Notes: generated from the sequence alone by a model not told the origin. Positions 30,529 through 40,611 are shown, counted from the stretch's first letter. The stretch: DNA of 64,000 nucleotides from Bacteroidota bacterium (GCA_018267825.1 JAFDXR010000028.1:1-64000); one strand, 5' to 3'. Program-made: numbers and translations.

Positions 30529-31338
30529 ATGAACTCCTGTTTGTATAAAGCCACTGTTATGCATCATCGCACGAAACCTGTACCACACAGGTTTCACTAC
30601 AATGTATTTATGTTTTATATAGACCTGGATGAGCTGGATATGTTGACGCAGAAGTTTAAGATGATCAGCAGAAACCGGTTTAATTTTTTCAGCTTCCGCG
30701 ATTCGGAGCACCTGCAATTACCTGTAGACAGACCGGATACGACCAAAACAACCAAAGAACATATAACAGATTATATCCGGAGCTGTGGCATTACCGACGA
30801 AATTTCGAAAGTGATGCTGCTCACCAATTTAAATGTATTGGGCTATAACTTCAATCCGGTATCGTTTTACTATTGTTATAACGCGCAGAATCAACCCTTA
30901 TGTGCTATTGCTGAGGTCAGCAATACCTTCCGGGAAATGAAACCTTATTTGCTGAATGCAGATGCCTTTAACGGGGAGCAGTTTCAGCTCAACACCACGA
31001 AGTATTTTTATGTGTCACCGTTTATTGATCATGATGCCAATTTTGATTTCAGGTTGTCGGTGCCCGGTGAAAAGCTGAATATCCGCATTGATGATATAAA
31101 GGATGATGAGCGTTTTTTTATAAGCACACTTACCGGGCAGCGCCGGGCAATGACCAACCGGGCCTTATTTTCGTACAGTGTGCGTTTCCCGTTTATTACA
31201 CTTTTAATTATAACCCGTATACACTGGCATGCGCTGCGGTTGTGGCTGAAAAAGCTTCCGTTTCACCGGAAAGCGGAACACGGAGATCTGCAACGTGACG
31301 TATTCCGTAAGTATGAGAAAAATAAAGTGCCAAAGTAA
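30529..31338 (+). CDS. DUF1365 family protein
   Basis: 269 aa. N-terminus YKATVMHHRTKPVPHRFHYNVFMFYIDLDEL is characteristic of DUF1365. Confidence 0.75.
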   Translation: MNSCLYKATVMHHRTKPVPHRFHYNVFMFYIDLDELDMLTQKFKMISRNRFNFFSFRDSEHLQLPVDRPDTTKTTKEHITDYIRSCGITDEISKVMLLTNLNVLGYNFNPVSFYYCYNAQNQPLCAIAEVSNTFREMKPYLLNADAFNGEQFQLNTTKYFYVSPFIDHDANFDFRLSVPGEKLNIRIDDIKDDERFFISTLTGQRRAMTNRALFSYSVRFPFITLLIITRIHWHALRLWLKKLPFHRKAEHGDLQRDVFRKYEKNKVPK

Positions 31339-31359
31339 AAACATATTTAAAATTGATTT

Positions 31360-32598
31360 ATGGAAACAGTTCTTACACTAAATGCCAAACGTACGTTTTA
31401 TGAAAAAATCGTACTGGGCCTGCTTTCAAAAATGGACAAGGGGCGCTGTGAAATGACGATGCCATCCGGTGAACAGATCGTTCTCGGAAATAACCAGGGA
31501 CATATCCGGGCGGATATACGGATAAAAGACCAGGCTTTTTTTAAACACTGCGTATTATACGGCGATATTGGTTTTGGGGAGGCTTATGTAGAAGGGTATT
31601 GGGACACAGACAGTATTACGGATGTTATATGCTGGGTATTGCTCAATATTGAAAATGCTCCCGGGGTTTCCGGAAGTGCGGCACAATCTGTAGCACTTAA
31701 TCTGCTTAAGGTATTTAATAAAATATATCATCTCAGGCGTTCGAATAGCCTGACAGGTTCGCGTAAAAACATATCGGAACATTATGATCTCAATAATGAT
31801 TTCTTTGCCTTGTTTCTGGACCCCGGCATGACGTATTCATCGGCTTATTACCGTGAGCCGGACATGACACTTGAGCAGGCACAGTTCGAAAAGTATGACC
31901 GCCTGTGCAAACAACTGCATCTGCAGCCAACCGATCATGTGCTTGAGATTGGTAGCGGCTGGGGAGCCAATGCCATTCATATGGCCCGACATTATGGTTG
32001 CCGTGTTACGACGGTTACTATTTCAGAAGAGCAGTATAAACTGGCCCTGGAGCGGGTGAGAGCGGCCGGGCTGGAGGCACAGATTCAGGTTTTGCTTAAA
32101 GATTACAGGCATATAGAAGGGACGTATGATAAAATTGTTTCTGTTGAAATGATTGAAGCCGTGGGAGCCGAATACTACAATGACTATTTCCGGAAGTGCC
32201 ACGAGTTGTTGAATAAACAAGGGATTCTGGCTATACAGGCCATTACCTGTCCCGATTCACGATTTGAAAGCCTGCGCACAGGTGTTGACTGGATTCAGAA
32301 GCATATCTTTCCGGGTTCCCTGCTTCCTTCGGTGGCAGCCATGAATAAAGCCATTAATAATACCGGCGACATGACACTCGTAGATCTGAAGGATATAGGG
32401 TTGCATTACGCAAGGACTCTTGCAGAGTGGAGGGTACAGTTTAACCGGAATCTGGAACAGGTAAAGCAGCTGGGTTTCGATAACCGGTTTATACGTAAGT
32501 GGAACTACTACCTGAGCTATTGCGAAGCCGCATTTGCCATGCGTAATATTCATGTCATGCAGCTGGTATATACCCGGCCGAATAATATCTTGCGTTAA
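31360..32598 (+). CDS. cfa: Cyclopropane-fatty-acyl-phospholipid synthase family methyltransferase (long form)
   Basis: 412 aa. SAM motif VLEIGSGWGANAI and a full CFAS architecture. Confidence 0.85.
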   Translation: METVLTLNAKRTFYEKIVLGLLSKMDKGRCEMTMPSGEQIVLGNNQGHIRADIRIKDQAFFKHCVLYGDIGFGEAYVEGYWDTDSITDVICWVLLNIENAPGVSGSAAQSVALNLLKVFNKIYHLRRSNSLTGSRKNISEHYDLNNDFFALFLDPGMTYSSAYYREPDMTLEQAQFEKYDRLCKQLHLQPTDHVLEIGSGWGANAIHMARHYGCRVTTVTISEEQYKLALERVRAAGLEAQIQVLLKDYRHIEGTYDKIVSVEMIEAVGAEYYNDYFRKCHELLNKQGILAIQAITCPDSRFESLRTGVDWIQKHIFPGSLLPSVAAMNKAINNTGDMTLVDLKDIGLHYARTLAEWRVQFNRNLEQVKQLGFDNRFIRKWNYYLSYCEAAFAMRNIHVMQLVYTRPNNILR

Positions 32599-33941
32599 GG
32601 GTTTGTTTTTTCCTCCCTGAACTTTGTAAAGATCAGGGCTGCTACCAGGCACAACACAAATCCAAGCAAACCATTGAGGCGCACACCAAAGTCGTTTCCT
32701 GTATCTTTCCCGTAAATCAGGAACATGGCGAAAAGCCCCATACCAATGGTCTGTGCTATTTTTACAAAAAAGTAACGCACAGCAAAATAAAAAGCTTCTT
32801 TGTTCTCACCGGTTTCAGCACTGTCTTTCTCAATAATTTCAGCCAGTACCGCATTGGGCAATATGTTCAGCGAAGCCAGCGGAATAGCTGCAAATCCTAT
32901 CAACAGGTAAATCTGAATGTTGGGATCGATCGATACCTTTCCGAGAAAATAAATTCCCAGGAAAATACAGGCCAGCAATAATTGCGAAAACAAAATGATG
33001 ATTTTCTTCCCGATGCGTTTTGCCAGAAAATTGACTACGGGGTAAAAAATAAATGAGACGAGAACCATAGTGATCATGAGCCTGTTGCCTATACTTTCTT
33101 TCAGGCCGAGCAACACCGTGATGAAATACATCAGGCCGGATGTGATGATCGTTATCGAAATGAAATACGAAAAATCGGCAACAATAAACAGCAGAAAATT
33201 TTTGTTTGTCAGTGTTTGCCGAAGGGCCTGTCTCATAGGAATGGCGCTTGGTTTGCCGACACCGTATTTTTTTTCATCGATGGCAAATACGGTTATGGCC
33301 ATAAAAACAGCAGCCAGCATGGCAAAGCAAAAAATAGTAGCTTGCAGGGCATGCATTTTTGAATCCAGATGAAAACGGCTCTGAAACAGATCTGCCAGGT
33401 TGAACGCATTGGAACTGATGCCTATACCAAACACATAGCCAACAGATTGCCAGGTAGCAAGTTTTACTTTGTCGCCGGGTGTTCGGGCAAGCTCAGGTAA
33501 CAGGGCATTGTAAGGAATAATGTATGTTGTTGTAGCCATATAGAACCCGATCAGGGTAATGATCAGCCACAGGATATTGATGGTGCTTTCCTCCTGTTTT
33601 AATGGGTAAAATACAAGGCAGCAAAAAACAAGAGAAGGAATGATGGACCATTTCATGATGGGGATTCGCCGGCCTTTGGGGTTTTTGCTACGGTCGCTGA
33701 TCTGTGCAATGAAAGGATCATAAATGGCATCAGCCAACCGCCCACCGGCTGTGATAAGCGCTACGGCATTAAATAAGCCAAATACAACAACCTGGGTAAT
33801 AAGAACCGGGATACCGCTGTTTGCGGGTGGCAGATACATGTATACCAGAATCACACTGATGAGGTTGATCAGAATACTCCAACCCATCATGCCACAGGCA
33901 TAAGCCAGTTGTTTACCAAAGGGTAATGTATTTTCGTGCAT
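32595..33941 (-). CDS. MFS transporter, glycoside-pentoside-hexuronide:cation symporter-like
   Basis: 448 aa, 12 predicted TM helices, GPH/MFS-like N-terminus. Confidence 0.7.
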   Translation of the reverse strand: MHENTLPFGKQLAYACGMMGWSILINLISVILVYMYLPPANSGIPVLITQVVVFGLFNAVALITAGGRLADAIYDPFIAQISDRSKNPKGRRIPIMKWSIIPSLVFCCLVFYPLKQEESTINILWLIITLIGFYMATTTYIIPYNALLPELARTPGDKVKLATWQSVGYVFGIGISSNAFNLADLFQSRFHLDSKMHALQATIFCFAMLAAVFMAITVFAIDEKKYGVGKPSAIPMRQALRQTLTNKNFLLFIVADFSYFISITIITSGLMYFITVLLGLKESIGNRLMITMVLVSFIFYPVVNFLAKRIGKKIIILFSQLLLACIFLGIYFLGKVSIDPNIQIYLLIGFAAIPLASLNILPNAVLAEIIEKDSAETGENKEAFYFAVRYFFVKIAQTIGMGLFAMFLIYGKDTGNDFGVRLNGLLGFVLCLVAALIFTKFREEKTNP

Positions 33942-33943
33942 GT

Positions 33944-35218
33944 TTAGTTTGCAGGCAGAACCTTAGCCGCGCAATCACCAAAGCCGATCCGCACGCCATC
34001 CTTTTCGCAGTACCCGCGAATGATAACCGTATCGTGATCGTTTATGAACTTGCGCTCGGTGCCATCCTGAAGTTTCAGAGGCTTTGTACCACGCCAGGTT
34101 AGTTCCAGCATACTGCCGTATTCATGGGGCTGAGGTCCGCTGATGGTTCCACTGGCGAGCATATCGCCCACATTCATATTACAGCCGTTTACGGTGTGAT
34201 GGGCCAGTTGTTGTTCCATGGTCCAGTACATGTATTTGTAATTGGATGTACAGATCTGGTTTTCATGGCCATCTTCGGTACGTATAAACACCTGCAGATT
34301 TATATTCACATTTTTGTCGCCCTTGTACTCGAGGTAAGGCAATACTTTCGGGTCCTGTACATAACCTTTTTCGCGGAAAGGTTCCAGGGCTTCCAGGGTT
34401 ACAATCCATGGCGACACGGTAGAGGCGAAGTTTTTGGCCAGGAAAGGGCCTAATGGCACATATTCCCAGGTCTGTATATCGCGCGCGCTCCAATCGTTGA
34501 ATAAAAGCATACCGAAAATATAGTCATCGGCTTTATCGGTGCTGATGCTTTCACCCGGAGCTGTTGGTTTGCTAATAATGAAAGCCGTCTCTAATTCGAA
34601 ATCGAGAAGTTTTGTTGGGCCAAAAACCGGTAATTCGGCATCAGCAGGCTTTTGCTGCCCTTTAGGTCTGTGAAAGCTGTGACCGCTCACATGAATACTG
34701 GAGGCCCTGCCATGGTAGCCCACCGGCAAATGTTTCCAGTTTGGCAACAGGGCATTGTTAGGGTCACGGAACATGGTTCCTACATTGGTAGCATGGTCGA
34801 TGCTGCTGTAAAAATCGGTATAGTCGCCTACTTTCACAGGCATCAGCATGGTAACATCGCTTTGTTTTTTAAAGAAAACAGAAAACAGGTCTTTTTTAGA
34901 CTGTAGTTCGGTATTGTTGCTGTTGAGCAGGTCGGAAAGCTTTTCGCGTACAGCATTGGTCTTTGCTTTTCCCAGTGCTATAAAAGGGTTCAGAGAATCC
35001 TGCTGAAAGATTTCGGGAGATACCCCCAGGAACGGAAAATAGCCATGCTGTGCCAGTTCGTAAAGGTCGACGATATATTCACCGATGGCTGAACAGGCGT
35101 GGTGCTTTACATGCTTATCACTATAAATGCCAAATGGAAGATTTTGTATCGGGAAATCAGAACCGGTTTTTACGTCGATCCAGCTTTTCAATTGCGGGTC
35201 ATTGGGTTTTATGCTCAT
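33944..35218 (-). CDS. Fumarylacetoacetase
   Basis: 424 aa. FAH N-terminal domain plus a FAH-fold C-terminus. The N-terminal segment (SWIDVKTGSDFPIQNLPFGI) is typical of long-form fumarylacetoacetases. Confidence 0.85.
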   Translation of the reverse strand: MSIKPNDPQLKSWIDVKTGSDFPIQNLPFGIYSDKHVKHHACSAIGEYIVDLYELAQHGYFPFLGVSPEIFQQDSLNPFIALGKAKTNAVREKLSDLLNSNNTELQSKKDLFSVFFKKQSDVTMLMPVKVGDYTDFYSSIDHATNVGTMFRDPNNALLPNWKHLPVGYHGRASSIHVSGHSFHRPKGQQKPADAELPVFGPTKLLDFELETAFIISKPTAPGESISTDKADDYIFGMLLFNDWSARDIQTWEYVPLGPFLAKNFASTVSPWIVTLEALEPFREKGYVQDPKVLPYLEYKGDKNVNINLQVFIRTEDGHENQICTSNYKYMYWTMEQQLAHHTVNGCNMNVGDMLASGTISGPQPHEYGSMLELTWRGTKPLKLQDGTERKFINDHDTVIIRGYCEKDGVRIGFGDCAAKVLPAN

Positions 35219-35315
35219 AGTCTTGCGTTGAAATCTGCTTCCAAAGATATTATTTTAACCGGTATCCTGCTTTTTAAAGCGCTATGATAATTGTAAATTT
35301 GTATAAAATTATACT

Positions 35316-35681
35316 ATGAATTTTATCATTCGTTTACTCATTTCCACAGCGGCTGTAATGCTTACGGCATTATTGCTGCCCGGTGTACAGATTGAGGGCA
35401 ATAGTTTTTTCACGGCTCTGCTTGTGGCTATTGTCCTGGCATTTCTGAATGCCGTTGTAAAACCTGTGCTCACCATACTTTCCCTGCCCATTACATTTTT
35501 CACGCTGGGCCTGTTTTTACTGGTGATTAATGCCATTATTATTCTGCTTGCCGATAAGCTGGTCGATGGCTTTCATGTAAAGGGATTCTGGAGTGCTTTG
35601 TTTTTCAGCATCATTCTTGCCATTATCAACAGTATTCTCGATAACATGAGCGGGAATAAACGCCCCGAAGATACCTACTGA
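35316..35681 (+). CDS. Phage-holin-family (4-TMS, holin superfamily IV-like) small membrane protein
   Basis: 121 aa, four hydrophobic helices, charged C-terminal tail KRPEDTY. A stand-alone gene. Confidence 0.5.
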   Translation: MNFIIRLLISTAAVMLTALLLPGVQIEGNSFFTALLVAIVLAFLNAVVKPVLTILSLPITFFTLGLFLLVINAIIILLADKLVDGFHVKGFWSALFFSIILAIINSILDNMSGNKRPEDTY

Positions 35682-35690
35682 AACTAAAAA

Positions 35691-35716
35691 AGGCCTGATC
35701 ACCAGGCCTTTTTTTA
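35691..35716. terminator. Bidirectional rho-independent terminator between the holin-like gene and dnaB
   Basis: Stem AGGCCTG/CAGGCCT with loop ATCAC, flanked by AAAAA upstream and TTTTTTT downstream. Confidence 0.8.
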
Positions 35717-35732
35717 TATCTGTTTCTTACGA

Positions 35733-37301
35733 TCAGAACACCTCGTCGATATCGTTTCGGCGGATAATATCCTTGTTCGGCGCCTCATCCACATTATCCC
35801 AGTTTTTCGACTGAACGGTTTTGGTGGTTGGGGCACTCAGGAAATCGGTATTGTTGCTGATGCCGGCTGATGAAGAAGCGTAAAGGTCCTGTCCTTCCAT
35901 ATAATCGAGGTCCGCAAATTTCGCGTACTGACCTACGAAACGTAGTTTTACGGTCTCCAGTGAGCCATGACGGTTCTTGGCGATGATAACCTCTGCACGG
36001 CCTTTGGTAGGTTCATTGTTTTCATCGACTTCGAGCCCGTAGTATTCCGGACGGTAAATAAACATTACCATATCGGCATCCTGCTCAATGGCTCCGGATT
36101 CGCGGAGGTCACTCAGCTGCGGGCGTTTACTGCCTCCCGGGCGGTTTTCTACCTGACGGCTTAACTGTGAAAGGGCAATGATCGGGATGTTTAATTCCTT
36201 GGCCAGGCTTTTGAGTCCACGTGAAATATTGGAAATCTCCTGTTCACGGTTCCCTTTGCTGTCGGGGCCGCCGCTCATGAGCTGAAGGTAATCGATGATG
36301 ATGAGTTCAATGTTCTCGTTTTCCTTTAAACGACGGGCTTTGGCACGTAGCTCGAAAATAGAAAGAGCCGGCGTATCATCAATGAATAAAGGAGCTACCG
36401 ATAATTTTTTGATACGTTCGTTGAGCTGAACAAATTCGTGGTTGTCGAGATTCCCTTTCAGGATCTTATCCTGTGTGATTTCTGTTTCACTCGAGATCAG
36501 ACGTTTTACCAGCTGAATGGAGGACATCTCAAGCGAAAAAATGGCTACCGCTTTATTAAATTCAACGGCTGCATTTTTGGCCATGGATACAACGAAAGCC
36601 GTTTTACCCATACCCGGCCTTGCTGCCAGGATCAGGAGATCGGATTTCTGCCAGCCACCGGTAATCCGGTCGAGGGCTGTAAACCCCGAAGGAACACCAA
36701 TAAGACCATCGGTTTGCTGAGCAGCAGCTTCAATTTCTTCGATGGCTTTGGTAATGAGGTTCACCATTTTATCGCCCTGCTTACGCACGTTGGAATCGAG
36801 TACCTGGAAAATATTCTGTGTGGTCTGATCCAGCAATTCAAATACATCGGTGCTCTCTTCAAAAGCAGCTTTGATGGTATCTGTGCTGATGCGGATCAGT
36901 TCGCGCTGTAAAAATTTCTGTGCTACAATACGGGCGTGGAACTCCACGTTAGCCGATGATGCAATGCGATTGGTGAGCGATGAAATATAAAATGATCCAC
37001 CGACCATTTCAAGTTCCCCGGTACGTTTCAGCTCCTGTGTAACGGTGAGAATATCTACAGGTTCTGATTCATTGAATAGTTTACGGATTGCTGAAAAAAT
37101 GCGGCCGTTCTGTTCTTTGTAAAAACTCTCGGGACTCAGTGTGTCAATAACGAGGCTCAGCGATTCTTTTTCGAGAAGCATGGCACCGAGAACGGCTTCT
37201 TCCAGTTCAACGGCCTGCGGCTGTAGTTTACCATCAACGCTTGGTGTTGATGGCGTATATAATTTTTTGCGGGTTTTATTTTGGTTGTCGAGATTCTGCA
37301 T
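35733..37301 (-). CDS. dnaB: Replicative DNA helicase
   Basis: 522 aa. Walker A ARPGMGKTAF and the full DnaB N- and C-domain pattern. Confidence 0.95.
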   Translation of the reverse strand: MQNLDNQNKTRKKLYTPSTPSVDGKLQPQAVELEEAVLGAMLLEKESLSLVIDTLSPESFYKEQNGRIFSAIRKLFNESEPVDILTVTQELKRTGELEMVGGSFYISSLTNRIASSANVEFHARIVAQKFLQRELIRISTDTIKAAFEESTDVFELLDQTTQNIFQVLDSNVRKQGDKMVNLITKAIEEIEAAAQQTDGLIGVPSGFTALDRITGGWQKSDLLILAARPGMGKTAFVVSMAKNAAVEFNKAVAIFSLEMSSIQLVKRLISSETEITQDKILKGNLDNHEFVQLNERIKKLSVAPLFIDDTPALSIFELRAKARRLKENENIELIIIDYLQLMSGGPDSKGNREQEISNISRGLKSLAKELNIPIIALSQLSRQVENRPGGSKRPQLSDLRESGAIEQDADMVMFIYRPEYYGLEVDENNEPTKGRAEVIIAKNRHGSLETVKLRFVGQYAKFADLDYMEGQDLYASSSAGISNNTDFLSAPTTKTVQSKNWDNVDEAPNKDIIRRNDIDEVF

Positions 37302-37434
37302 AGCTAAAGTTCAGCGGGAGGGTAAAAATGCTCAATACTTTCCGATTATGGAATTTACGAAAAAAAACGCTATTCACCGGCGATTAACATCCTTTTAACA
37401 AGGCTTTTCAATCCGTTGGAAATCAGTATGCTAT

Positions 37435-37456
37435 TTGTTAATAAGGTTATTAACAA
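37435..37456. promoter_or_regulatory. Perfect 22-bp palindrome TTGTTAATAAggTTATTAACAA in the dnaB / histidine-kinase divergent intergenic region
   Basis: 10-bp perfect arms with a 2-bp spacer, 134 bp upstream of the dnaB start. Confidence 0.3.
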
Positions 37457-37613
37457 TTGCTTTTTGTGGTGATTTATGTTAGGAAACGGGCCTTGAAACT
37501 TTTTAACATGGCGTCTGATAACGTTTTGAAAACTAAAAAGACGGAAACTATTTTACATGTTAAATAGTTTAATATATAGCTTATTTTTACGGCCAGGCTA
37601 TATCCCGTAAGAT

Positions 37614-39572
37614 TTGAAAAAAGGACTGTTTATACTTCTTTTATTAGTAACAGATCTCGTTTGTATTTCGCAGACGCCTGATCCTGTTGTGAAGAAGTTT
37701 ATCAAAGTCTTTAATACAAAAAACTACTCCGACAGGATCAATATGTTTGATACACTGCCGGATGACCTGAAGCAGGCTTACTATCCGTTTTTAAAAGATT
37801 CTATTGACGCTATTCGTGTCAGGGCATTTGCCGACAACCGGGTGAATATTATCAATAAAATTGATAAGATCGATGGGATCCGTTTGTACCACGAACATAA
37901 CTACTCTTCCGCTATTCCGGTTTTATTGCGGGTAATCAATACCGACAAAACCCTGACGGATCTGGATAGTCTCAGGATTATGTCATGCCTGAAAAAATCC
38001 TATCTTAAGATCAGATCGCTTTCCAAAGCTCTTGAAATTCATAAAATGCTGACGGATATTTTTGGCAAGCGTTCCCAGAAATATGCCAAGTGGTATTTTC
38101 ATCCGCCACTGAGTTCAATATACTATGAGCTCAATATTTATGATGAAGCAATCCGCCAGCATCGCCTGGAGTTCAATGAGTCAACTGAGCGCGGGGACCG
38201 GGTGTTACTGAGCTATCACAATAATGAAGGTGTTTTCTGGAATAAACTGCATAAATCGGATAGTGCCTTGTTTCATTTCAATTATGCCAAAAAACTGGCT
38301 CACAAACTCTACGGGCAATCTGATAAGGTCGATGATAAGTTTACTATCGGGTTAATCGACGGAAACATCGGGCAGGTATACAAGGAGCAAAAGAAATTCC
38401 GTGAAGCCATTCCTTTACTTAAAGAAGATATATACTGGAGCAAAGCCGATCATGATTTCGAAAATGCAGCTATCAGCCACAATGAAATTGGCGAATGTTA
38501 TATCAATCTCTCGGAGTTTAACCTTGGGCTGAAGCACCTCGATAGTGCCCGTGTCATACTTAGGGCCATGGATGTGGTAACGCCTTATCTGACTAATATG
38601 AGGCTGTATGGCTTGTATTATGAGCGAAGCGGCAATTTCCAGGAAGCCATCCGTTTCTATAAGAGATACCTGAACTTTAATGATTCCATTAATGCAGCAG
38701 AAAAGTTTAAGGAACTCATCAGTCAGCAGGTGGCTATGCAGATGGATGAAAAAGAAAGGATCATTCGTCAGAAACAGTATATTATCGATAAAGAAGCCGT
38801 CAATAAAAAACACCAGGAAACCGTACGACGATTCATGTTTGCCGGATTACTTGTTTTACTGTTTGTACTGTTCATTGTCTTTATTATGTACAAACGGGCA
38901 CAGAAACAAAAAGAGCTTCTGGAGATCAAGAATGATGAGATTCATCAGCAGAACATGAAAATCGAAAAATCGCTCCAGGAGAAAGAATTCCTCGTGCGTG
39001 AAGTGCATCACCGGGTTAAAAACAATCTTCAGATCGTATCCAGTTTACTCAACCTGCAAATAGGCATGACCAACAGCGAGGAGATCAAAGAGGCTCTTTC
39101 AGAGGCTTATGGACGTATCGGTTCTATTGCACTTGTTCATCAGCTACTGTACCGGAATAAAGAGCTGACAAATATTTCAATTAAAGAATATTTTGAAAAT
39201 CTGCTGGTACGTATTGAGCACAGTTTTTCTTCGGAAAACTCCGGTATTGTGCTTGAAAAACATATTGCTGATGTACAACTCGATCTCGATCGCGCCATCC
39301 CCTTGGGATTAATCATCAATGAGATAGTTTCCAATGCCTACAAACATGCCTTTCCTGATAAAAAGGGGCTTATTGAAGTGAAGTTCGATAAGCATGCTGA
39401 AACCTACGAACTTATCATCAGTGATAATGGTGTTGGGTTCAAAGAGCCTTTTGAGTCGGAACATGAAGGTTCTTTTGGGATTGAAATTATTAAAATCCTT
39501 ACCGAACAGATCAATGGCCGCATTCAGGTGACCGATAAAAATGGTACCCGCTATTCCATTGTTTTTAATTAG
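37614..39572 (+). CDS. TPR-repeat sensor histidine kinase (HisKA_2/HWE-like phosphoacceptor, membrane-anchored)
   Basis: 652 aa. Signal peptide, TPR-like N-terminal half, a TM helix (FMFAGLLVLLFVLFIVFIMY), H-box HHRVKNNLQIVSSLLNLQ, and HATPase motifs (NAYKHAF, DNGVGF, GSFGIEI). Confidence 0.85.
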   Translation: MKKGLFILLLLVTDLVCISQTPDPVVKKFIKVFNTKNYSDRINMFDTLPDDLKQAYYPFLKDSIDAIRVRAFADNRVNIINKIDKIDGIRLYHEHNYSSAIPVLLRVINTDKTLTDLDSLRIMSCLKKSYLKIRSLSKALEIHKMLTDIFGKRSQKYAKWYFHPPLSSIYYELNIYDEAIRQHRLEFNESTERGDRVLLSYHNNEGVFWNKLHKSDSALFHFNYAKKLAHKLYGQSDKVDDKFTIGLIDGNIGQVYKEQKKFREAIPLLKEDIYWSKADHDFENAAISHNEIGECYINLSEFNLGLKHLDSARVILRAMDVVTPYLTNMRLYGLYYERSGNFQEAIRFYKRYLNFNDSINAAEKFKELISQQVAMQMDEKERIIRQKQYIIDKEAVNKKHQETVRRFMFAGLLVLLFVLFIVFIMYKRAQKQKELLEIKNDEIHQQNMKIEKSLQEKEFLVREVHHRVKNNLQIVSSLLNLQIGMTNSEEIKEALSEAYGRIGSIALVHQLLYRNKELTNISIKEYFENLLVRIEHSFSSENSGIVLEKHIADVQLDLDRAIPLGLIINEIVSNAYKHAFPDKKGLIEVKFDKHAETYELIISDNGVGFKEPFESEHEGSFGIEIIKILTEQINGRIQVTDKNGTRYSIVFN

Positions 39573-40611
39573 ACCTATCGCCGATTCCTTTTATAAAATC
39601 AGATATCAGGTAGGCGATGAGCTTACCGGTTTTATTATCTGCTTTAATGTGCGAGAGAATAGGAGCGCCTTCGGCTATGTGAAGGTATAACGAACTTAAG
39701 TGTTTTCCGCATTGGTAGATATACTGCCTGGCCTGAACCGGGGAGATCCCACTGCTGGTTTTGGCGCTGCTGGGCACATTGGTGATGGCGTCCAGGTCAA
39801 TCTCGACCCCGCAGGGCGAATGTTTTACAAAACCGATATTCTGCGCCAGTGCTTTGGAAAATGACAGGTTTTCACGGACAAAAATATCCTCGTATGTTGA
39901 GAAATACAGGTTTTGCGGATTCGCCATGAACTCCCGGAGCACCTGGCCCGTATTATATTGTTCATGCATGCCAAATACAGAGTAGCGGTCGAGGTACTGT
40001 TCCCGGAAAGCATAACTGAAACCATTACCGCTATGCCGGCCTTCGAGGGGGCGAAAATCGGTATGAGGGTCACAGTTTATGACATTTATTTTTTGGTTTA
40101 ATGCCCGCGAGGCCCCTTTTATATTTCCATAGGCATTGTTATGACCGCCACCAATAACAATAGGTATTTTCCCGGTTTGTATTATTTTTTCTATCACCTG
40201 GCTCACTCTTTCGTCGAGCTGTGCCACCAGTTGCCGCAGGGCATCAACATCATGCTGTGTTCTCTGGGTAAATTGCTCTGAGGTTTTCATCAGATCTTCT
40301 GTGCGTATATGCCCCAGTACTAAAATGTCAGTTCCTTTCAGAAAATGATTGCTTTGCTGATTCAGAAAACTTTCCAGGGCTGGTTTCCATGCGGTGTGCG
40401 AACCACCACGCCCGAAATTGGCCCTTACCCCGATGTCTTCAGGGATTCCAAGCAACACAAAACGGGCATCTGAAATTTTTAGTTCTTCTTCCCAATGGGT
40501 GGAATCCTTCACCAGCTGGACATCTTCACCGATTTTAGTTTCCTGGTTTCGTTTCCTGGTTGCCTGGTTCAGTTCATGCCGGGTATAGAGAATAATATTT
40601 TCCAAATTCAT
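39565..40611 (-). CDS. Arginase/ureohydrolase-family protein (formimidoylglutamase-like)
   Basis: 348 aa. Mn-binding motifs GGGHNNAYG, DPHTD and EIDLDAIT. Its 3' end overlaps the kinase gene by 8 nt, with the two genes convergent. Confidence 0.65.
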   Translation of the reverse strand: MNLENIILYTRHELNQATRKRNQETKIGEDVQLVKDSTHWEEELKISDARFVLLGIPEDIGVRANFGRGGSHTAWKPALESFLNQQSNHFLKGTDILVLGHIRTEDLMKTSEQFTQRTQHDVDALRQLVAQLDERVSQVIEKIIQTGKIPIVIGGGHNNAYGNIKGASRALNQKINVINCDPHTDFRPLEGRHSGNGFSYAFREQYLDRYSVFGMHEQYNTGQVLREFMANPQNLYFSTYEDIFVRENLSFSKALAQNIGFVKHSPCGVEIDLDAITNVPSSAKTSSGISPVQARQYIYQCGKHLSSLYLHIAEGAPILSHIKADNKTGKLIAYLISDFIKGIGDRSN

